This document shows, one piece after another, positions 55,803-64,000 of a stretch of DNA of 64,000 bases; the first letter of the stretch is position 1; each line of letters begins with the position of its first letter. Position numbers and translations under genes: made by a program. The stretch spans positions 25,272 to 89,271 of the forward strand of contig CAZGKF010000006.1 of assembly GCA_964526475.1 (NCBI GenBank), read 5' to 3'. The notes below the pieces were generated by a model that searched no databases, was not told where the DNA came from, and saw nothing but the letters and a program-made list of their open reading frames with translations. The stretch comes from an uncultured Bacteroidaceae bacterium (lineage in GTDB: Bacteria > Bacteroidota > Bacteroidia > Bacteroidales > GCA-2748055).

Positions 55803-57230
55803 ATGAAAACTTCACGAAGAGATTTTGTTAAAAATTCAGTTATTGGAGCAGGCGGACTTGCATTTGGTACTCATCATATGGAATTTTTCGGCCTGAGAAA
55901 TACCGAAGGTGCTGGTAATGAGTTTAAACACGGGATGATGGATGAGGATCTATTAAAAGACGGATCTGCATGGACTAGCTTTTCACACCGGGAAGAAATT
56001 ACTCCATATTTTTCCAGATCATCGAAAGAAGGAGTAATCATTAATCCTTCACTTGTTATTCATGGTAATAACAACCCTGATTCAATGGGTTGCTGGTTAA
56101 GAGCCTTACCAAAGCTCTTGAAGGGCCGGCGTTATAGCATTGAAGCTTCTTTCATGGTTGATAAGGTTGAGAATATAAGTAAAAGTATAAGGGCAGTTAT
56201 TCTCAAAGAGAAAGATGAATATTATGAGCTCTACATACCTGACAAAGTTGATAACTGGTATCGTTTAAGGGGTGAATTTGTTCCTGATAAGGATGAAGAT
56301 AAACTGGAGCTATGTCTTTATTTAATTGAATCCGGAACAGGAACGGTGCACTGGAATAATATTAAGATCAAAGATAAAACCGATTCTTTTAAACCCCGGC
56401 TTGTTAAAGTCGCCGCCATCTCAGGCCGCGCATCAGGTCCAAAAAATCCTGAAGAGGCAATCCGGTTTTATTGTGACAGGATTGATGAAATAAGGGATAA
56501 AGATCTTGATCTTATTGTTTTGCCGGAGAATATCAATGTCGACAGAGTATCAGGTGACAGGAAAGTGATGGCTGAAACTATTCCCGGTCCTTCGACGAAA
56601 CTTTTGGGTGAAAAGGCCAGGGAGTACAACACTTATATTACTGCCAGTCTGGCGGAACGTGACGGTAGAGTACTGCATAATACAGCCGTTTTAATAGACC
56701 GCAGTGGAATGCTTATAGGGAAATACCGGAAAGTCCATCTTACATTGGGGGAGAATCTGGTAAAAGGATTGAAACCCGGAAATGAATATCCCGTATTTCA
56801 GACAGATTTTGGCAAGATCGGCATGATGATATGCTACGATAACCATTTTCAGGAAGTTGCAAGGATCCTTGCTGTTAAAGGAGCTGAAATAATAGCTTTT
56901 TCAAATGACAGTGACGGTCGTGAATGGACAAACGGAGAGAAAGGCAGCGTATGGGACCCATATATGAGGACAAGAGCAGTGGATAACCATCTGGCAATTG
57001 TTGCGGCAGTTAATGGAGGCAGATCGGCAATTGTAAATGGAAGCGGAGAAATTCTTGCTGCTAATAAACGATCCAACGAAGAGCCGGGGGGAATCATCCA
57101 GGCAACAGTAGATTTAGATGCCAGTGTTATAAATGGCAGGGGAAGAATGATACAGAAACGTTATCTTATGTTGCGGCATCCTGATACTTATGGAGAATTG
57201 ACAAAACATTCCTGGGATTTCGAATTGTGA
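55803..57230 (+). CDS. Carbon-nitrogen hydrolase (nitrilase superfamily) with Tat signal and ~200-aa N-terminal extra domain
   Basis: 475 aa. Twin-arginine signal MKTSRRDFVKNSVIGAGGLAFG. C-N hydrolase triad contexts LPEN (Glu), YRKVHL (Lys) and MMICYD (Cys). Confidence 0.8.
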   Translation: MKTSRRDFVKNSVIGAGGLAFGTHHMEFFGLRNTEGAGNEFKHGMMDEDLLKDGSAWTSFSHREEITPYFSRSSKEGVIINPSLVIHGNNNPDSMGCWLRALPKLLKGRRYSIEASFMVDKVENISKSIRAVILKEKDEYYELYIPDKVDNWYRLRGEFVPDKDEDKLELCLYLIESGTGTVHWNNIKIKDKTDSFKPRLVKVAAISGRASGPKNPEEAIRFYCDRIDEIRDKDLDLIVLPENINVDRVSGDRKVMAETIPGPSTKLLGEKAREYNTYITASLAERDGRVLHNTAVLIDRSGMLIGKYRKVHLTLGENLVKGLKPGNEYPVFQTDFGKIGMMICYDNHFQEVARILAVKGAEIIAFSNDSDGREWTNGEKGSVWDPYMRTRAVDNHLAIVAAVNGGRSAIVNGSGEILAANKRSNEEPGGIIQATVDLDASVINGRGRMIQKRYLMLRHPDTYGELTKHSWDFEL

Positions 57231-57318
57231 TCTGTTTTTCTTTAAATTTCCGCACCACCTTCCATTTCCATTCCTTCACCACCATCTCCGCCTTCCCTTT
57301 GCTGTTGCCTGAAATTAT

Positions 57319-58026
57319 TTAAACGGTGGAAACAGCTAATAATACAACAAAGGAACACTCATGAAGGAGGGGAAACAGCTCTTTTTTAATGCTTGCTTTT
57401 CGCTTTTTAAAACGCAGGCAGATATTAATCACTTCATTCATCAACAGTGGAACTAATCCCAAACCTATGGCCATTATCCAGCCATACAAATCGAGGTTTT
57501 GAAGGTTAAATGCTTTTTGCATGGCCGGGATACCAATCACAATAAGTTGCAAAAACAGTCCAATAATTATCGCGCCAACCAGATACCTGTTTGATAATAT
57601 TACAATCTTAAAGACCGATTTCAGGGGATTCCGAAAGGCCAGTGAGAAAAACAGCTGACTGGCAACAAGAACCATAAAAGCCATTGTACGTGCATATTCT
57701 AAAACTTCAACGGGAACTGATTTGTTAAATGGCGTGTAGCCGTGTTCAAAATAGCCAAACCAAAAAGCGAATATGGTTAATACACCTATGAGCAGTCCGC
57801 CAAAAATGGCACGTTTTCCAGCACCACCCGCAAAGAAACTCTCTTTTGGGTTACGTGGTTTTTCTTTCATCACATCGGGGTCACCGGGATCCATTAACAA
57901 TGCCACAGTTGGTAAAGAGTCGGTCACTAAATTGATCCACAAAAGCTGAGTAGCAACTAATGGGGCTTCCCAGCCTGCCAAAAGCGAAGCGAAAATTGCA
58001 ATGACTTCTCCTACTGATAAGCTTGC
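57319..58026 (-). pseudogene. C-terminal fragment of a P-type cation-transporting ATPase (5' about two-thirds missing)
   Basis: In-frame similarity starts at about 58026: KEASLSVGEVIAIFASLLAGWEAPLVATQLLWINLVTDSLPTVALLMDPGDPDVMKEKPR, which matches TM5-TM6 and the Cation_ATPase_C region. There is no ATG, an upstream in-frame stop, and no phosphorylation or nucleotide-binding domains. Confidence 0.75.
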
Positions 58027-58127
58027 TTCTTTAAATATATAGTGACTTTATTGCTAATTATGTTCAACTTCCATTGATTTTAATTTTTAATTAAGATTCT
58101 CTTAAGATAGGGGTAATATAGTGGCAT

Positions 58128-58135
58128 TACTTTTG
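58128..58135 (+). promoter_or_regulatory. Bacteroidota -7 promoter-like element TAnnTTTG
   Basis: tacttttg lies 18 nt upstream of ATG 58153. Confidence 0.25.
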
Positions 58136-58152
58136 AGTAAAAGACTAAAACA

Positions 58153-59265
58153 ATGAAATATATCCAACTAATATTCCTGATTCTGATTTTTGTTACAAAT
58201 CAAAACATATGGGCGCAACGCATTGGCAAAGAAGCATTTAAATTCACTTATATTCAGTTACCTTATTCGCCGCTTCCGGAAAATATAAAAACTTATTCAG
58301 CCGAAATTGATGCCGGCGGGATCAATTTTAAGGGTATCCATCTTGTGAAGCCTTTAGCTTATATTGAAACAGGTTCAAAAAATAATTATGGTTCCGTAGA
58401 GCAGTGTGAGATTGATTTCCTTGATCTGCCTGGTTATTCGCGAATCTCTGAAAACGCCGATCTGCATATAGGGGTTAAGCTTACCAGATTAAGTGCCGTA
58501 AATAAAATAATGAAAAGCGGAAAAGGGATTTTTATTGAAAACAAGGAAAGGGTAGAACGTAAGATCTATTACTATGAATTTAGCTATAGTTTTTCTGCTG
58601 AAGCAGGTATTTTTTATAAAAACGGAGACACCCTCTGGCATGAAGTGCTAATGAATACTGTTAACAAACCGGCACGCTTTGGGTTTGTTTCGGATGATCA
58701 GGTTTCAGGTGGTCCGCGGCAGAATTTCGGGGCTTCTTATACTACCCCCGACGAATTGGAAAATTACTTTCAGCAGCGTTTTCTTTTGGATCAGGAGATA
58801 GAATGGACCCGTGAGCAACTTTTTAAAGTCAAAAACCGTTTGTTTAATGAGTACGGCAAACCTCTGGTCTTTCAGAAAATGGACTTTATTACCGGAAAGG
58901 GTAGGAAAGCAGACTATTCTGATCTTGACACTGCCCTTGTTAAGGTTGCACGGTTTATTGAACTATTTCAGAAAACCGGTGAAGAAAATAATGCAGCCCT
59001 TGAAATGAAATCAGCTATTGAGCTTTGGGAAAACGCGCTAAAAGAGGCTGATTTGTCTGATAAAAAAGCCCGGATAAACGAAGAGATTGCAAGCGGACTG
59101 AATTATAATATCGGTCTGGCAAATGTTTGTCTGGCAAATTTTGATGCCTGCGAAGAATATTTTGAAAAAGCATCCACAACGAAAGACGGACAAAAACTTG
59201 TAAGGGATGTTGTGGCGTGGGCAAAGGATTATGAAAAAAGGATAAAAATCAATACCCCGGATTAA
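58153..59265 (+). CDS. Hypothetical secreted protein
   Basis: 370 aa with signal peptide (LILIFVTNQNIWAQ) and a helical, TPR-like C-terminus. No family recognised. Confidence 0.5.
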   Translation: MKYIQLIFLILIFVTNQNIWAQRIGKEAFKFTYIQLPYSPLPENIKTYSAEIDAGGINFKGIHLVKPLAYIETGSKNNYGSVEQCEIDFLDLPGYSRISENADLHIGVKLTRLSAVNKIMKSGKGIFIENKERVERKIYYYEFSYSFSAEAGIFYKNGDTLWHEVLMNTVNKPARFGFVSDDQVSGGPRQNFGASYTTPDELENYFQQRFLLDQEIEWTREQLFKVKNRLFNEYGKPLVFQKMDFITGKGRKADYSDLDTALVKVARFIELFQKTGEENNAALEMKSAIELWENALKEADLSDKKARINEEIASGLNYNIGLANVCLANFDACEEYFEKASTTKDGQKLVRDVVAWAKDYEKRIKINTPD

Positions 59266-59571
59266 TAATCCCTGGTTATAGTAATTAATAAAACCCCGTT
59301 TTGTAGTAGATACGTTTTATCTAAAGCAAAAATTCTTTCCCGCAAGATCCGGACATAAGTTAAGAAGTTACAATTATTTTAACATCCTCCCGGATGCACC
59401 GGAAGTTAAATTGATAGAATTTATCTTCTGATGATAATAAGAACAGTGATTCATACAGATCGGAAAAATCCACACCCATGTCCCTTCTTTCCACAACCGG
59501 TAAAAAGAATTTCTATAAACCTTTGTGCCTCCTGTATCTTTGGAGTATTATTTTTATAAAAGCAAATTATT

Positions 59572-61962
59572 ATGAAAAAATATTCGATCACAGGTATATT
59601 CATTTTGAGTATTATATTTCAGTTGACTGCTTCACAGGATATATACCAGAACGTACGCGGGCAGGTTACAGATAAACTGACACTGGCGCCACTTCCGGGT
59701 GCCAATGTGTTTATTCCGGGCAGCGATCCCTTAATCGGTACCATTACAGACCAGAACGGGTATTTTCTTCTCCGGGGTGTAGAGGTGGGAAGGGTTACTA
59801 TTACTGTTATGTATATGGGTTACAATGCGCTTACAATGTCGAATCTGATAGTCAATTCAGGTAAGGAGCTTATTGTGAACTTCGAACTCGAAGAACAGGT
59901 CATCCATGGAGAAGAGGTTGTCATTACGGCTGAAAGGAGCAATAAGCGGAGTGCCGGAAATAGTATGGCGGCAGTTAGCTCACGGATGTTTACCATTGAG
60001 GAAAGTCAGCGTTATGCGGGGGTAAGGAACGATATTTCCCGTATGGCCTCCAACTATGCCGGGGTAAGTACCCCTAACGATGCGGTAAACGATATAGTGA
60101 TAAGGGGAAATTCACCGTCAGGATTGCTTTGGCGAATGGATGGGGTGGAGATTCCCAATCCCAATCATTTTGGTTTTATAGGATCAACAGGTGGCCCTGT
60201 GAGCATGCTGAACAATAACGTGCTTATGAACTCCGCCTTTATGACCGCGGCCTTCCCGGCCGAATATTCCAATGCCTTTTCCGGGGTTTTCGATCTTAAA
60301 ACCAGGAATGGGAATACTAACCGGCATGAATTTCTCGGACAGGTAGGATTCAACGGTTTTGAAGCCGGGGTGGAAGGCCCACTTCCCATGGGTGAGCAGG
60401 CATCCTATCTGGTAAACTACAGGTATTCCACACTGGGGGTATTTCATAAGCTGGGTTTCGAATTTGGAACAGGGGTTGCTGTACCCGATTACCAGGACCT
60501 ATTTGTGAAAATAAACCTTCCCACCAAAAAATATGGAAGATTCGCCATTACCGGAATGGGAGGGAAGAGCTATATTTTCTTCAATAACAGTGCCATTGAT
60601 TCAGCAGAACTGACCAGCGATTTCTACAGCCAGAGCCAGGATATTGAAAACACGAATTCCTCCGGGGCACTTATCCTGAATCATGTGTATCCCCTTAGTG
60701 AAACGATGTATTCGAGTCTTACTCTCTCCGCAACAGGGATTTCAAATCGGGGTATAGTCGATTCCCTGAGTGTTATAGACCGTTCACCGGTACCCTTCGT
60801 TAGGAACCGGCTTGTGGAAACGAATTACGCTGCACAATTCACGGTTTCCAAAAAGTTCTCCAGCCGGCATTTTATGAAAATTGGCGGACGCTATAGTATT
60901 ATCGGTTACAACCTGGTCGATTCGGTTTTCGTGGGCAGCCTTGGCCGTTTTTTTAATACCCTCGATGAGTCGGGGAATACCGGTCGGTTTAATTCATTCA
61001 TACAATGGCAATTTAAAATGAATAATTCTGTTACTTTTAATACCGGAATCAATTACCAGATGATTACTCTGAACAGGCATGGCAGTTTAGAACCGCGAAC
61101 AAGCCTTTCCTGGAATATTAACCCATCCAACCGTTTGAGCCTGGGCTATGGACTTCACAGTATATCCTATCCGGTAATGCTTTACCTGATGCGTATAAGA
61201 AAGAATGAAACGGATTACGTGCAAACCCTCAAAGACCTTGACCTTCAGAAAAGTCATCATATAGTGTTGGCGTATGACAGATACCTGGCAGAAAACTGGC
61301 GACTGAAGGCAGAGGTCTATTACCAGTATATATTCAATACAGCTATTGAAGACCGTCCCGGGACCTTTTCCATGCTGAATTATGGAACCATTAACCCAAC
61401 TATTCCCGATACTCTGATAGATGGGGGCAAGGGGAGAAATTTAGGAGTGGAGTTCACCCTGGAAAGGTTTCTTTCCAGGGGGTATTACTTCCTTTTGACT
61501 ACTTCCCTGTATGATTCAAAATACAGACCTTCCAACGGAAAATGGTATTCCACTGCCTACGATGGGGGATATGTTATCAATGCATTGTTTGGAAAAGATT
61601 TCCGGATAGGCAAAAAATCCACATCAAAAATGCAGTGGCTTTCGATGGATGGGAAACTGACAGCAGCGGGTGGTCAGAAATACACACCGATTGACAGGGA
61701 ATTGTCCCTGCAAAACAAGCGAACAGAATACATGAACGACCTTCCGTATTCAGAGAAATTCAAGGATTTCTTCCGCATAGATATCCGTTTTGCATACAGG
61801 CTGGAAGGGAAACGGTTCTCCCATGAAACCGGAGTGGAAATACAGAACCTTACCAACCGTAAAAACCCCTTCTATAGTTATTACAACCCTATGTTAGGTG
61901 ATCTGGAGACTGTTTACCAGATGGGATTGTTCCCGATGATGCAATACAGGATTGTATTTTAA
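59572..61962 (+). CDS. TonB-dependent receptor with N-terminal carboxypeptidase-regulatory-like domain
   Basis: 796 aa. VRGQVTDKLTLAPLPGANVFI (CarboxypepD_reg-like), a plug region (DIVIRGNSPSGLLWRMDGVEIPNPNHF) and a C-terminal barrel ending in YRIVF. Confidence 0.85.
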   Translation: MKKYSITGIFILSIIFQLTASQDIYQNVRGQVTDKLTLAPLPGANVFIPGSDPLIGTITDQNGYFLLRGVEVGRVTITVMYMGYNALTMSNLIVNSGKELIVNFELEEQVIHGEEVVITAERSNKRSAGNSMAAVSSRMFTIEESQRYAGVRNDISRMASNYAGVSTPNDAVNDIVIRGNSPSGLLWRMDGVEIPNPNHFGFIGSTGGPVSMLNNNVLMNSAFMTAAFPAEYSNAFSGVFDLKTRNGNTNRHEFLGQVGFNGFEAGVEGPLPMGEQASYLVNYRYSTLGVFHKLGFEFGTGVAVPDYQDLFVKINLPTKKYGRFAITGMGGKSYIFFNNSAIDSAELTSDFYSQSQDIENTNSSGALILNHVYPLSETMYSSLTLSATGISNRGIVDSLSVIDRSPVPFVRNRLVETNYAAQFTVSKKFSSRHFMKIGGRYSIIGYNLVDSVFVGSLGRFFNTLDESGNTGRFNSFIQWQFKMNNSVTFNTGINYQMITLNRHGSLEPRTSLSWNINPSNRLSLGYGLHSISYPVMLYLMRIRKNETDYVQTLKDLDLQKSHHIVLAYDRYLAENWRLKAEVYYQYIFNTAIEDRPGTFSMLNYGTINPTIPDTLIDGGKGRNLGVEFTLERFLSRGYYFLLTTSLYDSKYRPSNGKWYSTAYDGGYVINALFGKDFRIGKKSTSKMQWLSMDGKLTAAGGQKYTPIDRELSLQNKRTEYMNDLPYSEKFKDFFRIDIRFAYRLEGKRFSHETGVEIQNLTNRKNPFYSYYNPMLGDLETVYQMGLFPMMQYRIVF

Positions 61963-62032
61963 ATGAAGCGAAATGATCCCTTGTATAACTGATCTTAAGC
62001 TATAAACTGTTCGTTATAAAAATCGAAATGCA

Positions 62033-62040
62033 TACCTTTG
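62033..62040 (+). promoter_or_regulatory. Bacteroidota -7 promoter-like element TAnnTTTG
   Basis: tacctttg lies 14 nt upstream of ATG 62054. Confidence 0.25.
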
Positions 62041-62053
62041 CATACCATCCCAG

Positions 62054-63112
62054 ATGAAAACCATGATCGAAAGAATAAAAAAATTTGAAAAAAGGTTCTT
62101 TTTAGTTGCCCTGGTAATTGCCTTTATTGTTCCGCTGGTTTTTCTTATGATTTCGGTTGTTTCCGAAGAACCGGTGAATTGGTATCAGATTTCTATCGGA
62201 TGGGTATTTACCTTCTTCATTACCATAACCATCACCTTTTTTAACACATGGATTGCTGAATATTTGGCCATTAAATATCCCTGGAAGGAGGGACTTACCC
62301 GAAGATTATTGTATGAACTTGCACTTACCAGTGTGAGTGCATTTGTTATCATCGGGATCGTTGTCACTATTCTTTATCACATCAGCGATTTCCACGAACA
62401 TTTTACCTATTCGATGATGCTTTTTCAGAATGGTTTGATTGCTATCATCATTAATATTATTCTCATGAGCCTGTTGGAAGGAAGGGAACTATTTCATCTA
62501 TGGAAAAATTCACTTATTGAGACCGAAACTCTTAAAAGACAAAATATTGAGTCGCGCTATTCGGCCCTGATCAGTTATGTTAACCCACATTTCCTTTTTA
62601 ATAACCTGAATGTGCTTTCTTTCCTGGTTTCCTCCGAACCTGAAAAAGCACAGGAATTTATCAGGCGATTTTCCTGGATTTACAGGTACTTTCTTGAAGT
62701 GAAAGATAAGTCATTGGTTACCCTGGAACAGGAAATGGAGTTTATGGAAGCGTATATTTTTTTACAGAAGATAAGGTACGAAAACAAGCTGGATTTTATG
62801 CTTGTCATTGAAAAAAATGAAAAAGAATACCTGCTCCCTCCGTTTTCCCTTCAGCTGCTTATTGAAAATGCCATTAAGCATAATGAAGTTTCCACCCAGT
62901 GCCCGCTGCTGATTGAAATTTTTACAGAAAATGAATCACTTGTGGTTAAAAACAAAATCAGGTTAAGAAGTAACCCGGAAGAATCGACAGGTTTTGGCAT
63001 TCTTAACCTGACTGAGCGCTATGCCCACTTTACAGATGAAAAACCGTCTTTTAAAGACAACGGGAAAGATTATATTGCCAGGATTCCACTTTTAAATGAG
63101 CATACATTGTGA
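62054..63112 (+). CDS. LytS/YehU-type sensor histidine kinase
   Basis: 352 aa with four N-terminal TM segments, a His_kinase motif (LISYVNPHFLFNNLN) and an ATPase region (LLIENAIKHN). Confidence 0.85.
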   Translation: MKTMIERIKKFEKRFFLVALVIAFIVPLVFLMISVVSEEPVNWYQISIGWVFTFFITITITFFNTWIAEYLAIKYPWKEGLTRRLLYELALTSVSAFVIIGIVVTILYHISDFHEHFTYSMMLFQNGLIAIIINIILMSLLEGRELFHLWKNSLIETETLKRQNIESRYSALISYVNPHFLFNNLNVLSFLVSSEPEKAQEFIRRFSWIYRYFLEVKDKSLVTLEQEMEFMEAYIFLQKIRYENKLDFMLVIEKNEKEYLLPPFSLQLLIENAIKHNEVSTQCPLLIEIFTENESLVVKNKIRLRSNPEESTGFGILNLTERYAHFTDEKPSFKDNGKDYIARIPLLNEHTL

Positions 63113-63861
63113 AAGTATTGATTATTGAGGACGAACAACCGGCGGCTAAGAGACTGGAGGAAATAATCCTTTCGATTATCCCTGATGCGGAAATCCCAGC
63201 CATTCTCGATACGGTAAGGGACTCCGTGAAATGGCTGAAAGGTTTTTCGGCTGACCTTATCTTTATGGATATCCATTTATCGGACGGCAATAGTTTTGAG
63301 ATCTTTGAAAAAGTTCAAATGCTGACCCCCGTTGTTTTTACCACTGCCTATAACGATTATGCCATCAGGGCTTTTAAGGTGAACAGCGTGGATTACCTGA
63401 TGAAGCCTTTCAGCAGGGAAGATGTAGCAAGGGCCATTGAGAAGTACCGGGGCTTTTTCAGGACCGGAAATTTCGATCCTGATATGGAAAGCCTTATACG
63501 TATGATGAAGCCGGGCAGGGAGTATCAGAAACGTTTTCTGGTCACGGCCGGTGCCCGCCTGAAAAGTATACAGGTTGAAGACGTAGCATATTTTTATAGT
63601 CTGGAGAAGAACACATTCATCTGTACCCGGAACAACCATCAGTATCCGTTCGAATTCTCACTTGATAAGCTGGAAATGCTGGTTGAACCGGAGAACTTCT
63701 TCCGTATCAATCGCAACTTCCTGGTAAGTTATACTTCTATAAAAAATATGTATAGCCTTTCAAAAAGCAGGATAAAACTTGAACTCACCCCACCCCCTGA
63801 AGATGAAACCCTTGTGAGCTTCAATAAATCGCATGAGTTCAGGGTGTGGCTGGGAAAGTAG
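63109..63861 (+). CDS. LytTR-family response regulator
   Basis: 250 aa with a receiver domain (KVLIIEDE, LIFMDIHLSDG) and a C-terminal LytTR DNA-binding domain (FFRINRNFLVS). The start overlaps the kinase stop by 4 nt. Confidence 0.9.
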   Translation: MKVLIIEDEQPAAKRLEEIILSIIPDAEIPAILDTVRDSVKWLKGFSADLIFMDIHLSDGNSFEIFEKVQMLTPVVFTTAYNDYAIRAFKVNSVDYLMKPFSREDVARAIEKYRGFFRTGNFDPDMESLIRMMKPGREYQKRFLVTAGARLKSIQVEDVAYFYSLEKNTFICTRNNHQYPFEFSLDKLEMLVEPENFFRINRNFLVSYTSIKNMYSLSKSRIKLELTPPPEDETLVSFNKSHEFRVWLGK

Positions 63862-63943
63862 ACTATGGAAGTTGTTTTGTAATAAAAAATAATTCGTATA
63901 TATTTGACATTTCAGTAATAATTATTCTAAACTCAAAACCATA

Positions 63944-64000
63944 ATGAAAAAATTTAGAAATGCTCTGTTGCTGCTTGCCTTAACTTTTATAAATTACGCT
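63944..64000 (+). CDS. Start of a secreted protein gene (partial, runs off the window)
   Basis: ATG 63944 gives MKKFRNALLLLALTFINYA, which is signal-peptide-like. Only 19 codons are visible. Confidence 0.3.
   Translation, partial: MKKFRNALLLLALTFINYA

Noticed and set aside
57249-57300. Strongly C/T/A-biased tract, almost G-free on the + strand, between the convergent C-N hydrolase gene and the ATPase fragment
   Set aside because: It is not a pure polypyrimidine mirror repeat. It has no hairpin or repeat structure and no obvious coding frame, so it is probably just degenerate 3' sequence.
58018-58023. HindIII site (aagctt) right at the ATPase truncation point, and another inside the repeat insertion at 29046-29051, raising the idea of a cloning or chimera artefact
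   Set aside because: A 6-bp site is expected by chance many times in 64 kb, and I have no read or library information. It is noted only as something to keep in mind when checking the breakpoint.
1-64000. Search for CRISPR arrays, tRNA/rRNA genes, transposases, integrases, reverse transcriptases and toxin-antitoxin pairs
   Set aside because: I saw no regularly spaced direct repeats, no tRNA-like T-arm/acceptor signatures in the intergenic regions I read, and no ORF with DDE, tyrosine- or serine-recombinase or RT motifs. Absence is judged by eye only.

Overview
AT-rich, gene-dense window that looks like a Bacteroidota chromosome. This is inferred from a SusC/SusD pair, ECF sigma/FecR anti-sigma pairs, TAnnTTTG -7 promoter-like motifs, and no Shine-Dalgarno sequence before most genes. 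I saw no rRNA, tRNA, CRISPR array, transposase or integrase. Main blocks, left to right: (1) 1-6961, minus strand: a compact corrinoid-dependent methyltransferase operon. It holds an AraR-type regulator, an MtaC-like corrinoid protein, an MtaB-like methanol:corrinoid methyltransferase, a URO-D/MtaA-like methyltransferase fused to a thioredoxin-like CxxC domain, a CobW GTPase, a MetH-activation-domain-like protein, and a RACo-type reductive activase that runs off the window edge. This is the most unusual system here. (2) 7136-9792: a C-M-R type II restriction-modification cassette with a SPPY methylase and a PD-(D/E)XK, TdeIII-like nuclease. (3) asnB and a large TPR/beta-propeller/OmpA/SPOR envelope protein. 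(4) 16093-26825: an ECF-sigma/anti-sigma controlled SusC/SusD locus with an alpha/alpha-toroid lipoprotein and a sulfatase. (5) A mixed accessory stretch: hemolysin-III, a second ECF sigma unit, cupin, lactonase, Fe-ADH, a NEW3-repeat protein plus ABC-2 exporter whose three cistrons all carry canonical SD sites, an orphan BlaI, a NosR/NapH-like flavo-FeS membrane protein operon, NlpC/P60 and porins. (6) hflKC, a tocopherol-cyclase-like gene, a Tat-exported C-N hydrolase, a TonB-dependent receptor and a LytS/LytTR pair. Two themes cross the window. First, there are many gene remnants: a frameshifted cupin, a hotdog fragment, a PQQ-dehydrogenase remnant, an internally deleted sulfatase, a four-helix-bundle remnant and a P-type ATPase tail. 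Second, a hairpin-containing dispersed repeat occurs three times, and two of those copies carry insertions. One insertion is a decayed 23S-IVS-type four-helix-bundle cassette. All calls come from reading the ORF translations and the DNA by eye; no database search was run.
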